64,000 bases of DNA from Desulfatiglandales bacterium (GCA_049366815.1 JBMNCO010000068.1:30256-94255); one strand, 5' to 3'; positions 16,970 to 27,300 are shown, numbered from the stretch's first letter. Notes: a model not told the origin generated them from the sequence alone. Program-made: numbers and translations.

Positions 16970-19333
16970 TCAATTGCATGAAGGTCCCACCGGCTCTTCC
17001 AGCGCCAGCTTAAGGACATCCTCCATGCGTCCCACAAGGTGAAAATTCAGATCACTCTTGATCTTGTCAGGGATCTCCTCCAGATCGTTTTTGTTGTTCT
17101 TGGGCAGGATGATCTCCTTGATTCCGCTTCTTCTGGCGGCCAGGACCTTTTCTTTTATCCCGCCGACCGGAAGAACAGATCCCCGAAGCGTGACTTCCCC
17201 CGTCATGGCAAGCTTGTCCTTGATGGGCCTGCAGGTCAGTAGAGAAGCCATGGCCGCAAGCATGGTCACACCCGCAGACGGACCGTCCTTGGGGATCGCC
17301 CCCGCGGGGACGTGGATGTGCAGGTCATGGTCACTGAAAAAATCCTCTGCAATCCCAAGATCCCCGGCCTTTGATCGCAGGTAGGTGAGGGCCGCCTGAG
17401 CCGATTCCTTCATGACATCTCCCAGTTGCCCGGTAAGGACAAGAGACTTCTTGCCAGGCATCATCGAGGCCTCCACAAAGAGGATATCACCGCCTGCGGG
17501 GGTCCATGCCATCCCCGTTGCCACCCCGGGCATCGAAGTCCGATCCCCCAGATCCGAAGAGTATCTGGGCAGCCCGAGATATTTCCTCACTTCACCTGCC
17601 TTGATGATGAACGCGCCCTCTTCACCCTCCGCTATTCGTCGGGCCACTCCCCTGCAGATCGCGCCAATCTCCCTCTCAAGATTTCTAAGACCTGCCTCTC
17701 GAGTATATTCTCGAATGATTTTCTGGACAGCCGCCTTCCTGAAAGAGATCCTTTTCGGTTCGAGGCCATGTTCCCTGATTTGCCTGGGGATGATGAATTT
17801 TCTGACGATCTCGATCTTGTCTTCCTCGATATATCCGGGTAACTGGATGACCTCCATCCTGTCCAAAAGCGGCTGTGGAATCGTATCCAGCTGGTTTGCG
17901 GTCGTGATGAACATGACCTTGGAAAGGTCGAATTCCACCTCCAGATAATGATCCGAAAAGCTGAAGTTCTGTTCCGGATCAAGGACCTCAAGAAGTGCGG
18001 AAGAGGGGTCGCCTCGGAAATCAGCGCCGAGCTTGTCCACCTCATCCAGCATAAAAAGGGGATTATTGCTGCCGGCCCTTTTCATGCCCTGTATAATCCG
18101 TCCTGGGAGGGCCCCCACGTAGGTTCGGCGGTGTCCCCGAATCTCGGCCTCATCTCTGACCCCGCCCAGTGAGATCCGCACGAATTTGCGCCCTATGGCC
18201 TCCGCGATGGAACGACCAAGACTGGTTTTGCCGGTCCCGGGAGGGCCCACCAAACAAAGTATGGGCCCCTTGTGATCCGGGTTGAGCTTTCGGACGGAGA
18301 GATACTCCAGAATCCTCTTCTTGACCTTTTCCAAATCGTAGTGGTGACTGTTCAAGACCTTCTCGGCCTTCTTGATGTTTAACTTGTCCCTCGTACCCTC
18401 GGACCAGGGAAGCTCCAGGATCCAATCCAGGTAGTTCATGGAGACCGTATATTCTGAGGAGGAGGGATTCATCCTGGCGAGTTTTTCTATCTCCTTCTCC
18501 GCCACCTTGCGGGCATGTTCAGGGAGGGCCTTTCCTTCCAGCCATTCCCGCATTTCGTCAATCTCAGAGGACTCCTTTTTATCCATTCCGAGTTCCCTTT
18601 GAATGGCTTTAAGCTGTTCCCTGAGATAGTACTCCCGCTGTGTCTTATCGATTCCCTTCTGAACCTGGGACTGGATCTTCTGACCCATTCTCTTGCGGTC
18701 CAGTTCCTGGTTGAGAAAAAGGGTCACCTTCTCGAGACGCGCTTTGATGTCAACACATTCGAGAATTTCCTGTTTCTTTTTGCTGTCCATGTTCAGGTAA
18801 GCTGTGACCATGTCCGCAAACGGACCCGGATCCCGCACGCTCCGGGAAAGATGGATCATCTCATCAGGGATGTCCGGTGTGAGGGTCACGAGTTCCTTAA
18901 ACAGCTTCATGGCGTTATCCATGAGGTCCCCCAGGTCCCTGTCCGAATAAACCGCGGAATCCATCTTCTGGATCTTTCCCCTGTAGTATTGGCCGTTGGA
19001 GGCGACCTCGTCAATGGTGACCCTGGAAAGGCCCTGCACCACAACAACCGTTGCTTCAACCGTTCTTGATATCTTTATTACCCTTGCCAGTGTCCCCATG
19101 TTATGAACATTTGCAATCTTGCCCGCTCCTTCATCATCCTGTTTTATTTTTGACACGGCAAGAAGGACGTCCTTTTCCATGACATCCTCCACCATCCGCA
19201 CATAGGCCTCGTCTTTGAGGATCAGCGGCAAGACCATCTTCGGGAAAAGCACGTCATTGGTTAAGGGTAGGATCGGTATGTATTCAGGAGTGTAATTCTT
19301 TTTCTCTTTCGTGGACTTCTCCTTATTTTCCAT
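16970..19333 (-). CDS. lon: ATP-dependent Lon protease
   Basis: LON N-domain. AAA+ Walker A GPPGTGKTSLGRSIA and Walker B LFMLDEVDK. Protease Ser-Lys dyad region PKDGPSAGVTMLAAM. Confidence 0.97.
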   Translation of the reverse strand: MENKEKSTKEKKNYTPEYIPILPLTNDVLFPKMVLPLILKDEAYVRMVEDVMEKDVLLAVSKIKQDDEGAGKIANVHNMGTLARVIKISRTVEATVVVVQGLSRVTIDEVASNGQYYRGKIQKMDSAVYSDRDLGDLMDNAMKLFKELVTLTPDIPDEMIHLSRSVRDPGPFADMVTAYLNMDSKKKQEILECVDIKARLEKVTLFLNQELDRKRMGQKIQSQVQKGIDKTQREYYLREQLKAIQRELGMDKKESSEIDEMREWLEGKALPEHARKVAEKEIEKLARMNPSSSEYTVSMNYLDWILELPWSEGTRDKLNIKKAEKVLNSHHYDLEKVKKRILEYLSVRKLNPDHKGPILCLVGPPGTGKTSLGRSIAEAIGRKFVRISLGGVRDEAEIRGHRRTYVGALPGRIIQGMKRAGSNNPLFMLDEVDKLGADFRGDPSSALLEVLDPEQNFSFSDHYLEVEFDLSKVMFITTANQLDTIPQPLLDRMEVIQLPGYIEEDKIEIVRKFIIPRQIREHGLEPKRISFRKAAVQKIIREYTREAGLRNLEREIGAICRGVARRIAEGEEGAFIIKAGEVRKYLGLPRYSSDLGDRTSMPGVATGMAWTPAGGDILFVEASMMPGKKSLVLTGQLGDVMKESAQAALTYLRSKAGDLGIAEDFFSDHDLHIHVPAGAIPKDGPSAGVTMLAAMASLLTCRPIKDKLAMTGEVTLRGSVLPVGGIKEKVLAARRSGIKEIILPKNNKNDLEEIPDKIKSDLNFHLVGRMEDVLKLALEEPVGPSCN

Positions 19334-19659
19334 TATATTTCACCCCCGCTGTCTATTCGTTGTCATGCGATCTCCAGGAGATCATCGACCTATAGAATCC
19401 CATGCCACCTAAGTAAATATTCTGGTTCCGATAGGGTCTGTTATTTAAAAAGTAATCACTGGCAAAAAAGTGTAAAGGGGTGGCCTTTGGTTCTTGAACC
19501 CAAAGGCGGGCATTGAAGCGGTACAGGGGCACCGGACGGCGGAAGGACCGTCACGTTCTGAAAAGATCTTCTCGTTTCAACATATTATGTGGGATTTCCG
19601 ATGCAAGGGGGCGCGCTGGGGCATTGTCAGAAGGGAGAGATAGAAAGCATTTCATCGGA

Positions 19660-20415
19660 TTACAGGGGACCGATCTCCGGCATCCCCGCCGCCTTGACCT
19701 TACGCCAGGGTCTCTCCGGGCCGAATTGTTCATCGCACCATCGGGCGCCCTGATTCATGCGATCTTCCAAGAGGCGGCGAAAGGCCTCAAGCCCCTCCCC
19801 GTTGATTTGAGGCGGGATCCAGATCGGTTCGCCATGGTACAGGGCGATCCTGGCAAAGGGTTTTGGGACCAGGAATCGGTCCCATGAGTTTAGGATCCAG
19901 CACCGATCACACCCCCAAAGTACGGGAATGAGCGGGACCCTTGCATCTCTGGCCATGACGACAGATCCCATTTTGGCCACTCGGGCAGGTCCCCGGGGTC
20001 CGTCGGCCAGCATGCCGCCGATTGCCCCCTGATTGAGCTTCAGGACGATCTCCTGGAGGGCCTGTGAGCCCCCTCGTGTGGAAGAACCACGGACATTTTT
20101 AAAACCAAGCCAGGAGGCCAATCTGGCGGCATATTCGCCGTCCCGGCTCCGGCTGATCATCACCGTCAGACCGTGCGCGCCAAAACAGTGAAAATGGTAG
20201 GATATCCTCTGGTGCCAGGTGACATAGACCGCACCCCCGCCGGATCTGGCAAGGGCCGCCTGTTCCGCTTCGAGGCCGACCTCTTTCACGACCCGACACG
20301 ACATCATCCAGGCCTTGATCAGCAGCGCGGCCATGGGCGGTATAATCGCCAGGGTCAAGGGATCATACCAACGGAACGGGCTCCGGACAGATGAATGCAA
20401 TGGGCCCCCTTTCAC
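19660..20415 (-). CDS. DUF374-domain lysophospholipid-acyltransferase-superfamily protein
   Basis: VYVTWHQRISYHFHCFGAHGLTVMISRSRDGEYAARLASWLGFKNVRGSSTRGG matches the DUF374 pattern often seen beside LPS genes. The track start is GTG without a clear SD, so the start is uncertain. Confidence 0.7.
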   Translation of the reverse strand: MKGGPLHSSVRSPFRWYDPLTLAIIPPMAALLIKAWMMSCRVVKEVGLEAEQAALARSGGGAVYVTWHQRISYHFHCFGAHGLTVMISRSRDGEYAARLASWLGFKNVRGSSTRGGSQALQEIVLKLNQGAIGGMLADGPRGPARVAKMGSVVMARDARVPLIPVLWGCDRCWILNSWDRFLVPKPFARIALYHGEPIWIPPQINGEGLEAFRRLLEDRMNQGARWCDEQFGPERPWRKVKAAGMPEIGPL

Positions 20416-20484
20416 ATGATGCAGGGCAAAGGATCTGAAAGGGAAACCGAAGGGCGGATCTCCACAGAGCCTTTCACCCGTATT

Positions 20485-21996
20485 TTAGATTCTTTTCACG
20501 ACACCAACGGCCACAAGGTACAAAAGTCGGCCCCCCTTTTTCAACCGCAAAAGTTCCGCCGCCTCCAGGTCGTAAAAGGCCCCTATCCCGCAGCAACCCA
20601 GCCCCCTGGCCGTTGCCGCAAGGTAAAGCCTCTCTCCCAGACGACCGGCCGACATCATGACATGCCGGTAGGCCCGTGCGCCCCAGGCGCGATCCAGGAC
20701 ATCAGGATTTGAAAAGAAGAGAAAGTGGACTCCGGCGTTCTTCAACCAGGCCTGGTCCAGACAGATTTTTGCCGTCATCTCCCCCCATTCCCCCGGCTGA
20801 ATCAGGCCGTACGTCTTGTTTTTCCGATCAATGCCGTAGAGTCCCGGGACCAGGCCCTCCACTCCCACGGCCAGGAACCCGTTACAGAGCATCTGCTCCC
20901 AGGGTGGGGTACTCCCCGATATCCTGTATTCAGGCGCGCACAGGGCCTCGACCAGGGCCGTCATATCTTCCCATTGAACAGGACTTTTCACAAAGTTGCG
21001 ACGGGAGCGACGCCTAAAAAGAACATCCCCGAGACCCATGACATGCGGCCGGTCGGATGTTCGCAGCACCCGATCGGTGCCCTGGAACGACAGACCCAAT
21101 GCATCCGCCATATCCGGTGAGGGACCTGAGGCCATTCCTATCCGGATCCCGGCCCCATGGATCTCTCTTATGGCCGGGTAGTCCACCTCCCGGCCTGATA
21201 CGCGACCGGCCTCCGTGAATCGCTCAGACAGCGCGGGAAACTCGGCCGGCCCGGCTGCGGGGGGCTCAAGGGTGGAAAGGACGGCGACGGCGGCAAGGAC
21301 GACTTCCTTCATCGGATCAAGTCCCAAGAGTCGGTTGGCCTTTTCGTCATCGAAGTCATAGGTTGCCTGGCAGGGTAGACCCAGGGCGCGCAACGAAAGG
21401 ACAAGATTTTCGGCCACGTGTCCTGTATCAAGAAGATGATAGCGGTAGGCACGGTCTCGGTATTTCCAGGCGCTTCGAAAAAAGATGGCGGTAAGGAAAA
21501 AGGTCACCATTGAGATTTTCGAGGCGCAGGAGGGGATGATCGACGCCAGGGAGCCCATCACATTCTCCGCCCTCAGGGGATGAAGACCATGGGGGCGGAC
21601 CGCGAAGTGATACAGGCCGTTTTCCAGACCCTTGATCCCGCCGCTGGCCACATAGATCTCCGTGGGATACAGGGCCCCGGCCGAGGCGGCACTCCGAAAA
21701 TAGAAATCCCCTTCAGGATAGCGCGCCGTGGCCGTCAGGCCGTAGGCCATCAGCAGGACCCCGGAAAGGTCCTCCACCGTCATTTCCCCGGGTATTTCAG
21801 ACTGGTCCGCCTCGTTAAAGAGATGAAAAAGTCCTTTTTCCGGAAGCCTTACATCGCCCGGAAGGGGAATGGGATTGACTCCGGCGTATTCCTTGAACGC
21901 CCGGGGCTGATTGGACCAGTCAAGCCTGTGACCCCCCAGTTTGTACCGGTCGTAGCTGGAATGATCATGGTATTGGGCGGCCGATTTTATGGTCAT
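20485..21996 (-). CDS. Tandem nitroreductase-fold protein, SagB/ThcOx-type dehydrogenase family
   Basis: Start chosen at ATG 21996 (MTIKSAAQYHDHSSY). First half FRSAASAGALYPTEIYV...YRYHLLDTGHVAENL (SagB-type). Second half LFRRRSRRNF...AYRHVMMSAGRLGERLYLAATARGLGCCGIGAFYD (nitroreductase). Confidence 0.75.
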   Translation of the reverse strand: MTIKSAAQYHDHSSYDRYKLGGHRLDWSNQPRAFKEYAGVNPIPLPGDVRLPEKGLFHLFNEADQSEIPGEMTVEDLSGVLLMAYGLTATARYPEGDFYFRSAASAGALYPTEIYVASGGIKGLENGLYHFAVRPHGLHPLRAENVMGSLASIIPSCASKISMVTFFLTAIFFRSAWKYRDRAYRYHLLDTGHVAENLVLSLRALGLPCQATYDFDDEKANRLLGLDPMKEVVLAAVAVLSTLEPPAAGPAEFPALSERFTEAGRVSGREVDYPAIREIHGAGIRIGMASGPSPDMADALGLSFQGTDRVLRTSDRPHVMGLGDVLFRRRSRRNFVKSPVQWEDMTALVEALCAPEYRISGSTPPWEQMLCNGFLAVGVEGLVPGLYGIDRKNKTYGLIQPGEWGEMTAKICLDQAWLKNAGVHFLFFSNPDVLDRAWGARAYRHVMMSAGRLGERLYLAATARGLGCCGIGAFYDLEAAELLRLKKGGRLLYLVAVGVVKRI

Positions 21997-22260
21997 CTTC
22001 AATCCATCCCTGTAAGGGCCTTCTTTTTCCCCGCACCACCTGCGAGGCCTTCGCACCGTTGAAGGGGAGATCCGAATGGGGTGCAGCGGAACACGCTCTC
22101 GAGACCACCGAAAGCCTGAGCGATCGTGCTGAGGATGAGCTGAATCTACCAGGTCTTGCACCCAAAGACAACCGCCATTGCTGCCCCTGAATCACCCTCG
22201 AGGCCTCGTTGATGCGTGATCGATGATCCAATCATTCCTTTTCAGACCGATAAACCACCC

Positions 22261-22289
22261 TTGACTTTCAGCATAGCTTACAGTACCCT
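22261..22289 (+). promoter_or_regulatory. lexA promoter candidate (TTGACT-17-TACCCT)
   Basis: TTGACT at 22261-22266 and TACCCT at 22284-22289. G-rich SD at 22321-22327 and the ATG at 22333. Confidence 0.5.
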
Positions 22290-22305
22290 AAACACAAGAC
22301 TGTAA
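22278..22305 (+). promoter_or_regulatory. Palindrome TTACAGT-n14-ACTGTAA overlapping the lexA -10 and predicted TSS: candidate operator
   Basis: Perfect 7-bp arms at 22278-22284 and 22299-22305. A third ACTG half-site lies at 22311-22314. Confidence 0.35.
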
Positions 22306-22332
22306 ATTATACTGCCAACCGGGGGGGTTGAC

Positions 22333-22938
22333 ATGAAACTGACGGCAAAACAAAAGGCCTTTCTGGCGTATATCGCGCAACATATCGTCCAATGGGGCCA
22401 GTCCCCCAGCTTTGATGAGATATGCAAGCACTTTGGTTTCAATTCCTACAACACGGTGACCACCTACCTCAAGATCCTGGAGCGGAAAGGCTATGTCCGC
22501 CTGCCCGCCATCAAGAACCGGAAACGGGCTATTGAAGTCATCAGTCCGGTGGAGACCACAAGGTTCGAGTTTCCCCTCCTGGGGAAGGTGGCCGGCGGGA
22601 AACCCATCGAGGCGGTGGAAACCCCGGATGTGATTGAAGTGCCCCCTTCCATGATCGGCCGGGGCGACCACTTTGTGCTCCAGGTCAAGGGGAGCTCCAT
22701 GAAAGAGGACGGCATCCTGGACGGAGATTACATCGTGGTCAGGAAACAGCCGACGGCCGAGAATGGAGAGACCGTGGTCGCCCTCATAAACAATGAGGCC
22801 ACAGTCAAGAAATACTACAAAAAGGAAGGCCACGTAGAACTCCGCCCCGCCCACAGTAAGATGGAGCCCATTATCGTAAAGGAGGGGGATCTCCGGATCG
22901 AGGGGAAGGTGGTCGGTGTCATGAGGCATTATAAATAA
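22333..22938 (+). CDS. lexA: LexA repressor
   Basis: N-terminal winged HTH (LTAKQKAFLAYIAQHI...SFDEICKHFGFNSYNTVTTYLKILERKGYV). Ala-Gly cleavage site in GKVAGGKP. S24 peptidase Ser (VKGSSM) and Lys (VVRKQ). Confidence 0.95.
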   Translation: MKLTAKQKAFLAYIAQHIVQWGQSPSFDEICKHFGFNSYNTVTTYLKILERKGYVRLPAIKNRKRAIEVISPVETTRFEFPLLGKVAGGKPIEAVETPDVIEVPPSMIGRGDHFVLQVKGSSMKEDGILDGDYIVVRKQPTAENGETVVALINNEATVKKYYKKEGHVELRPAHSKMEPIIVKEGDLRIEGKVVGVMRHYK

Positions 22939-22979
22939 GCATTGGTGCCAAAACAAAGCAATTTTCTGCTGCGGAGCGC

Positions 22980-23107
22980 AGGGGCGGCATGTTCTCGGAG
23001 CGTGCGTATTTTGGCCCTGAATCAGGATAGATGAAGGGCCAAAATCCCGCAGTGACCGGAGCCATGGACGGCGGAGGGAACGCAGCGTAGAGAACATGCC
23101 GGCCCCT
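22980..23107 (+). repeat. 128-nt nested inverted repeat (long stem-loop) in the lexA-imuB spacer
   Basis: Outer arms AGGGGCGGCATGTTCTC (22980-22996) and GAGAACATGCCGGCCCCT (23090-23107). Inner perfect 11-bp arms ATTTTGGCCCT (23008-23018) and AGGGCCAAAAT (23035-23045). Confidence 0.8.
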
Positions 23108-23121
23108 CCTTGGAGACAAGA

Positions 23122-24312
23122 ATGATAAATAAGGTGCTTTATACCTTGGACCGCAACATCATCCATCTGCATATTCCGGCCTTTCCCATTGCTGTGGAGC
23201 GGGTCCGCCGACCGGAACTCAGGGACCGCCCCGTGGCCGTGGCGCCCCCCTGCTCGGAACGCAGCCTGGTTCTCGCCGTGTCCCCTGAGGCCCGTAAGGA
23301 GGGTATCTTCAAGGGGATGCCACTTGGCAGGGCCCTGAAGTTTTGCCCCGGGTTGATCGTGTTACCGCCCAATCCGGCCCTCACGGAAAGGGCCTCCCGG
23401 GTCCTGTCGAAGATGGCGGCCGTCTATACACCCCTCTGGGAACCCGCCCGCCCGGGACATATTTACCTGGATATCTCCGGCACGGATCGCCTCTGGGGAA
23501 GGGCCAAGGACACGGCAAACCGTCTCAGGAGAGACCTCCGCGAACAGTTGCGGCTCTCCGGGGTCGCAGGGGTCTCCGGCAACAAGATGGTCTCCAGCAT
23601 CGCCTCAAGGATCCTGTCCCGGGATGGGGTTATGGACGTCAATCACGGTCAGGAGTCCCGGTTCATGGCCCCCCTGAAAGTGGATGTCCTCCCGGGCATC
23701 GGGCACGTCCGCAGGAGGGTCCTCCTGGAAGAGCTGAACATCACCCTGGTCCGGGAGGTCGCCGCCATGGACATGGACAGTCTGGAGCTGATCTTCGGGC
23801 GCTCGGGTCATGTGATCCACCAGAGGGCCCTCGGCATCGACCCCACACCGGTTTATCCTCCCCGCCGCAAACCCGAGGTAACCGAGGAGGTCACCCTTCC
23901 CAAGGACGAAAACAACGACGGGAAACTCCTAGGCATCCTGCACGGCCTGATCGAGCGGTGCGCCCAACGGCTTCGGGAGCGTCAACGGATTCCGGGAACG
24001 GCGGGGCTGCACCTTCGTTATGCGGACCAGGAAGAGGCCGTCCGCCGGATCATGCTGCCTCAGACGAGCTTCTGGGATTTTGACCTCTGTGGCCCCCTGG
24101 AGGCGCTCTTTTTCAGAATCTGCCGACGCCGGGTGAGGGTACGGTTCATGAGGGTGTGGTTCCAGAATTTTTCGTCCCCCGATCCCCAACTCTCCCTCTT
24201 CCCCGCCATGGGGCCCGCTCCGGAAAAAAAGATCGGGGCCATCAAGGCCCTGGATCGTATCCGGGGGAAATACGGCGCGGACGCCGTCAAATCCGGACGC
24301 ACGGCGGGATGA
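23122..24312 (+). CDS. imuB: ImuB-type Y-family DNA polymerase homologue (catalytic acidic residues not conserved)
   Basis: ATG at 23122 with a GGAGA SD; the track start at 23110 is TTG. The N-terminus IIHLHIPAFPIAVE aligns with the DinB motif IIHVDMDCFFAAVE, but both Asp residues are replaced. GHIYLDISG stands in place of the S-I-D-E-A-Y-L-D motif. The stop lies 4 nt before dnaE2. Confidence 0.8.
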   Translation: MINKVLYTLDRNIIHLHIPAFPIAVERVRRPELRDRPVAVAPPCSERSLVLAVSPEARKEGIFKGMPLGRALKFCPGLIVLPPNPALTERASRVLSKMAAVYTPLWEPARPGHIYLDISGTDRLWGRAKDTANRLRRDLREQLRLSGVAGVSGNKMVSSIASRILSRDGVMDVNHGQESRFMAPLKVDVLPGIGHVRRRVLLEELNITLVREVAAMDMDSLELIFGRSGHVIHQRALGIDPTPVYPPRRKPEVTEEVTLPKDENNDGKLLGILHGLIERCAQRLRERQRIPGTAGLHLRYADQEEAVRRIMLPQTSFWDFDLCGPLEALFFRICRRRVRVRFMRVWFQNFSSPDPQLSLFPAMGPAPEKKIGAIKALDRIRGKYGADAVKSGRTAG

Positions 24313-24316
24313 TATC

Positions 24317-27300
24317 ATGACCTTTGCCCACCTCAATGTCCATTCCCATTATTCCCGGGGTTGGGGGATCGGCACGATCGAAGAACTCTGCCGGTCCGCC
24401 AAAGATCTGGGGATGGACAGGCTCGCACTGACCGATACCGATGGCCTGTACGGCCTGGTCTTTTTTCTAGAGACCGCAAGGGACATGGGGATTCAACCCA
24501 TTGTGGGAAGCGAGCTCACAGCGGACGGTCATCGGGCGGTCCTCCTGGTCCGGGACCTCGAGGGATATGCCAATCTCTGCCGGCTCATCTCGGACCGCCA
24601 CTGCCACCAGGACTTTGATATGGTCCGGGCCCTCCGGGAACGGCGTAGGGGACTCATCGTCTTTTCAGACGATTTCAGCCTCCTCGGGGCCTTGAAAAGG
24701 GACAGCCTGGAAGGCCTCTTTGTGGAGATGTCGCCGGGTTACAATATGGCTGCCTGTTACGCCTTTTCCCGCAGGAGCGGCATCCCGCCCCTGGCCACCA
24801 ACCGCGTCTACCTGGTGACCCGGGACCAGTTTTCCCTCCACCGGATCCTTCGGGCCGTAGCCCTCAACAGCAAGCTGTCCCGCCTGGAAATCGACGACAC
24901 CTGCCGGGAGCACAATTTTTTGAATGCCCCCGGAGACATGATCGACCAATTCCCCCACGCCCCCCGGGCGATCCGCAATACCCTGGAGGTGGCCGAACAG
25001 TGTCTCACGGACTGGAATTTTGACCGGATCGTCTTTCCCGGCTATGAAGACCTGTCCGACGGGGAGGTCTATGAACGCCTCTACCGGGCCACCTGGGAGG
25101 GGTGCAGACGGCGATACGGAGAAATCACCCGGGAAGTGAAGGAACGGGTGGACTACGAGATGGCCATCCTCCGGGAAAAGAACTTCGCCCACTATTTCCT
25201 GGTGGTGGCCGATATAGCCCGGAAGGCCCGCCGCTCCTGCGGACGGGGAAGCGCGGCCGCCTCTATCGTCTCCTACGCCCTGGGAATCACCCATGTGGAC
25301 CCCATCCGGCACAACCTCTTTTTTGAGCGGTTTTTGAACCTCGGCCGCATGGATCCTCCGGACATCGATGTGGACTTCGCCTGGGACGAGCGGGATCAGA
25401 TCATCGATTACATCTTTGCCCGGTACGGAACCCGACGAACCGCCATGGTAGCCAACCACAACACCTATGGGGCCAGGTCCGCCATCCGGGAAGTGGCCAA
25501 GGTCTTCGGCCTGACCGAGGCGGAGATCGGCCGTGTGACCGGGAAAATCGGATACGGTTTGCGCCTGAAAAAGGCCTGGCGGGAACTCGCAGCCCACCCC
25601 AAGATGAGAGGGATCACCTTCGACAAACCCTGGGATGAGATCCTGGCCGCGGCGGTCCAGTTGGAGAACCATCTCAATCATCTTTCTATTCACTGCGGGG
25701 GGGTGGTCATTGTGCCCGATGAGATCCGCCGTTACTGCCCCGTGGAAATATCCCGTAAGGGCCTCCAGGTGCTCCAGTGGGAAAAGGAATCCGTGGAGGA
25801 AGCCGGCCTCGTCAAGATTGACATCCTCGGTAACCGGAGCCTGGCCGTCATCCGGGATGCCCTGGATCTGGTGGAGAAAAACTACGGACATCATATCGAC
25901 TATGCCGCCTGGGACCCCGTCCAGGATCCCGGGACCGTGGAGATCTTCTACCGTGGAGACACCTTCGGGGTCTTTTATTTCGAAAGCCCCGCCACGCGGC
26001 AGGTCCTGAAAAAGGTGGCCTCAGGCATGACCTTCGAGGAATATCTCCGCCTGGACCATTTCCAGCTCAACGTGGTGGTCACCTCCATCATCCGCCCGGC
26101 CTCGAACCGGAGCATCCACACCTGGGTCTCCAGGCTCCACGGCGAACCCTGGGACCCCCCCCATCCCCTCCTGCGCCCGGTCCTGGAAGAGACCCTGGGG
26201 GTCATGGTCTTTCAGGAGCAGTTGAGCCTGGCGGCCATGCACCTGGCCGGATTTGATCCCGGGGAAGCGGATTCCCTGCGAAAGGTGGTCAGCAAAAAAC
26301 ACAAGATGAAAAAACTCCGGGACTTTCATGCCCGCTTTGTCCACGGGGCAGCGGCAAAGGGGGTCAAGGCCGAGGTCATTGAAGAAATATGGGAGATGAT
26401 GATGGGCTTCGACGGCTACAGCTTCTGTAAGCCTCACTCGGCCAGCTACACCCTGGTGGCCTATAAATCCGCCTATCTCCGGGCCCATTACCCGGCCGAG
26501 TTCATGGCCGCCGTCATTTCAAACGGTGGGGGATACTACGCGACCTTTGCCTATATCTCGGAGGCCAGACGCATGGGCCTCGAAATACGGCCGCCGGACA
26601 TCAACCGAAGTGAGATCAAGTATACCGGAAAGGGCAAGGCCGTCCGGCTAGGGCTCATGCAACTCAGGGACCTCTCCCGGGAGGCCATGAAGGCCGTCTG
26701 CGGTGAACGCGCCAAGCGCGGCCCCTTTGTCTCCCTCGGGGACTTCCTGGACCGGACAGGCACCCGTGTCCACCTCCAGGACGTGAAGGTCCTGATCAAG
26801 GCCGGGTGTTTCGATAACCTGGCCTCCGGCCGGACAAGACCCGACCTGATATGGGAGGCCCTTCGATTCTTTCGGCGTGAACATCAGGAAAAGACCCTGG
26901 GGCTCTTCTCCTCACCCTCTCTTCTTCCGGCCTCCCCGTTGCCCCGGTCCCCCGGCGGGAAGGCCCGGGGAGGAGGGACTTCGAAGCCCTATCCAAAGCC
27001 CCTCATGCTGAAGCATGAAATGGAGACCCTGGGATTCCGCCTCTCCCTTCATCCCCTGGACCGCTATCGGGGCATTCTCAAGGGATCGAGCTATGTCGAA
27101 GCCGGGGATCTCCATGCCTGGGTGGGCAAGCAAGTCACCACCATCGGCTGGATGGTCACAGGAAAGACGGCCTACACCCGGAAGGGGGAGACCATGATAT
27201 TTGTCTCCTTTGAGGACACGACAGGGCTTTATGAGGCGGTGTTCTTCCCGAAAGCGTACAATCGGTTCTGTCATATGCTGAACACCATGCGACCCTATAT

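Noticed and set aside
19483-19507. Hairpin GCCTTTGG-ttcttgaac-CCAAAGGC containing CTTGAA upstream of lon; possible sigma32 promoter or terminator.
   Set aside because: CTTGAA is on the plus strand, the wrong orientation for lon. No CCCCATnT -10 follows at proper spacing on the minus strand. The nearest T-run on the minus strand is ~12 nt from the stem, so it is neither a convincing sigma32 promoter nor a canonical terminator.
22300-22315. E. coli-type SOS box in front of lexA (CTGTAAATTATACTGC).
   Set aside because: The right arm is CTGC rather than ACAG, so the sequence is not palindromic and fits the CTGT-n8-ACAG consensus poorly.
22939-23121. Search for a hidden imuA or other small ORF between lexA and imuB.
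   Set aside because: The 183-nt spacer has no ORF of meaningful length and is almost entirely occupied by the nested inverted repeat.
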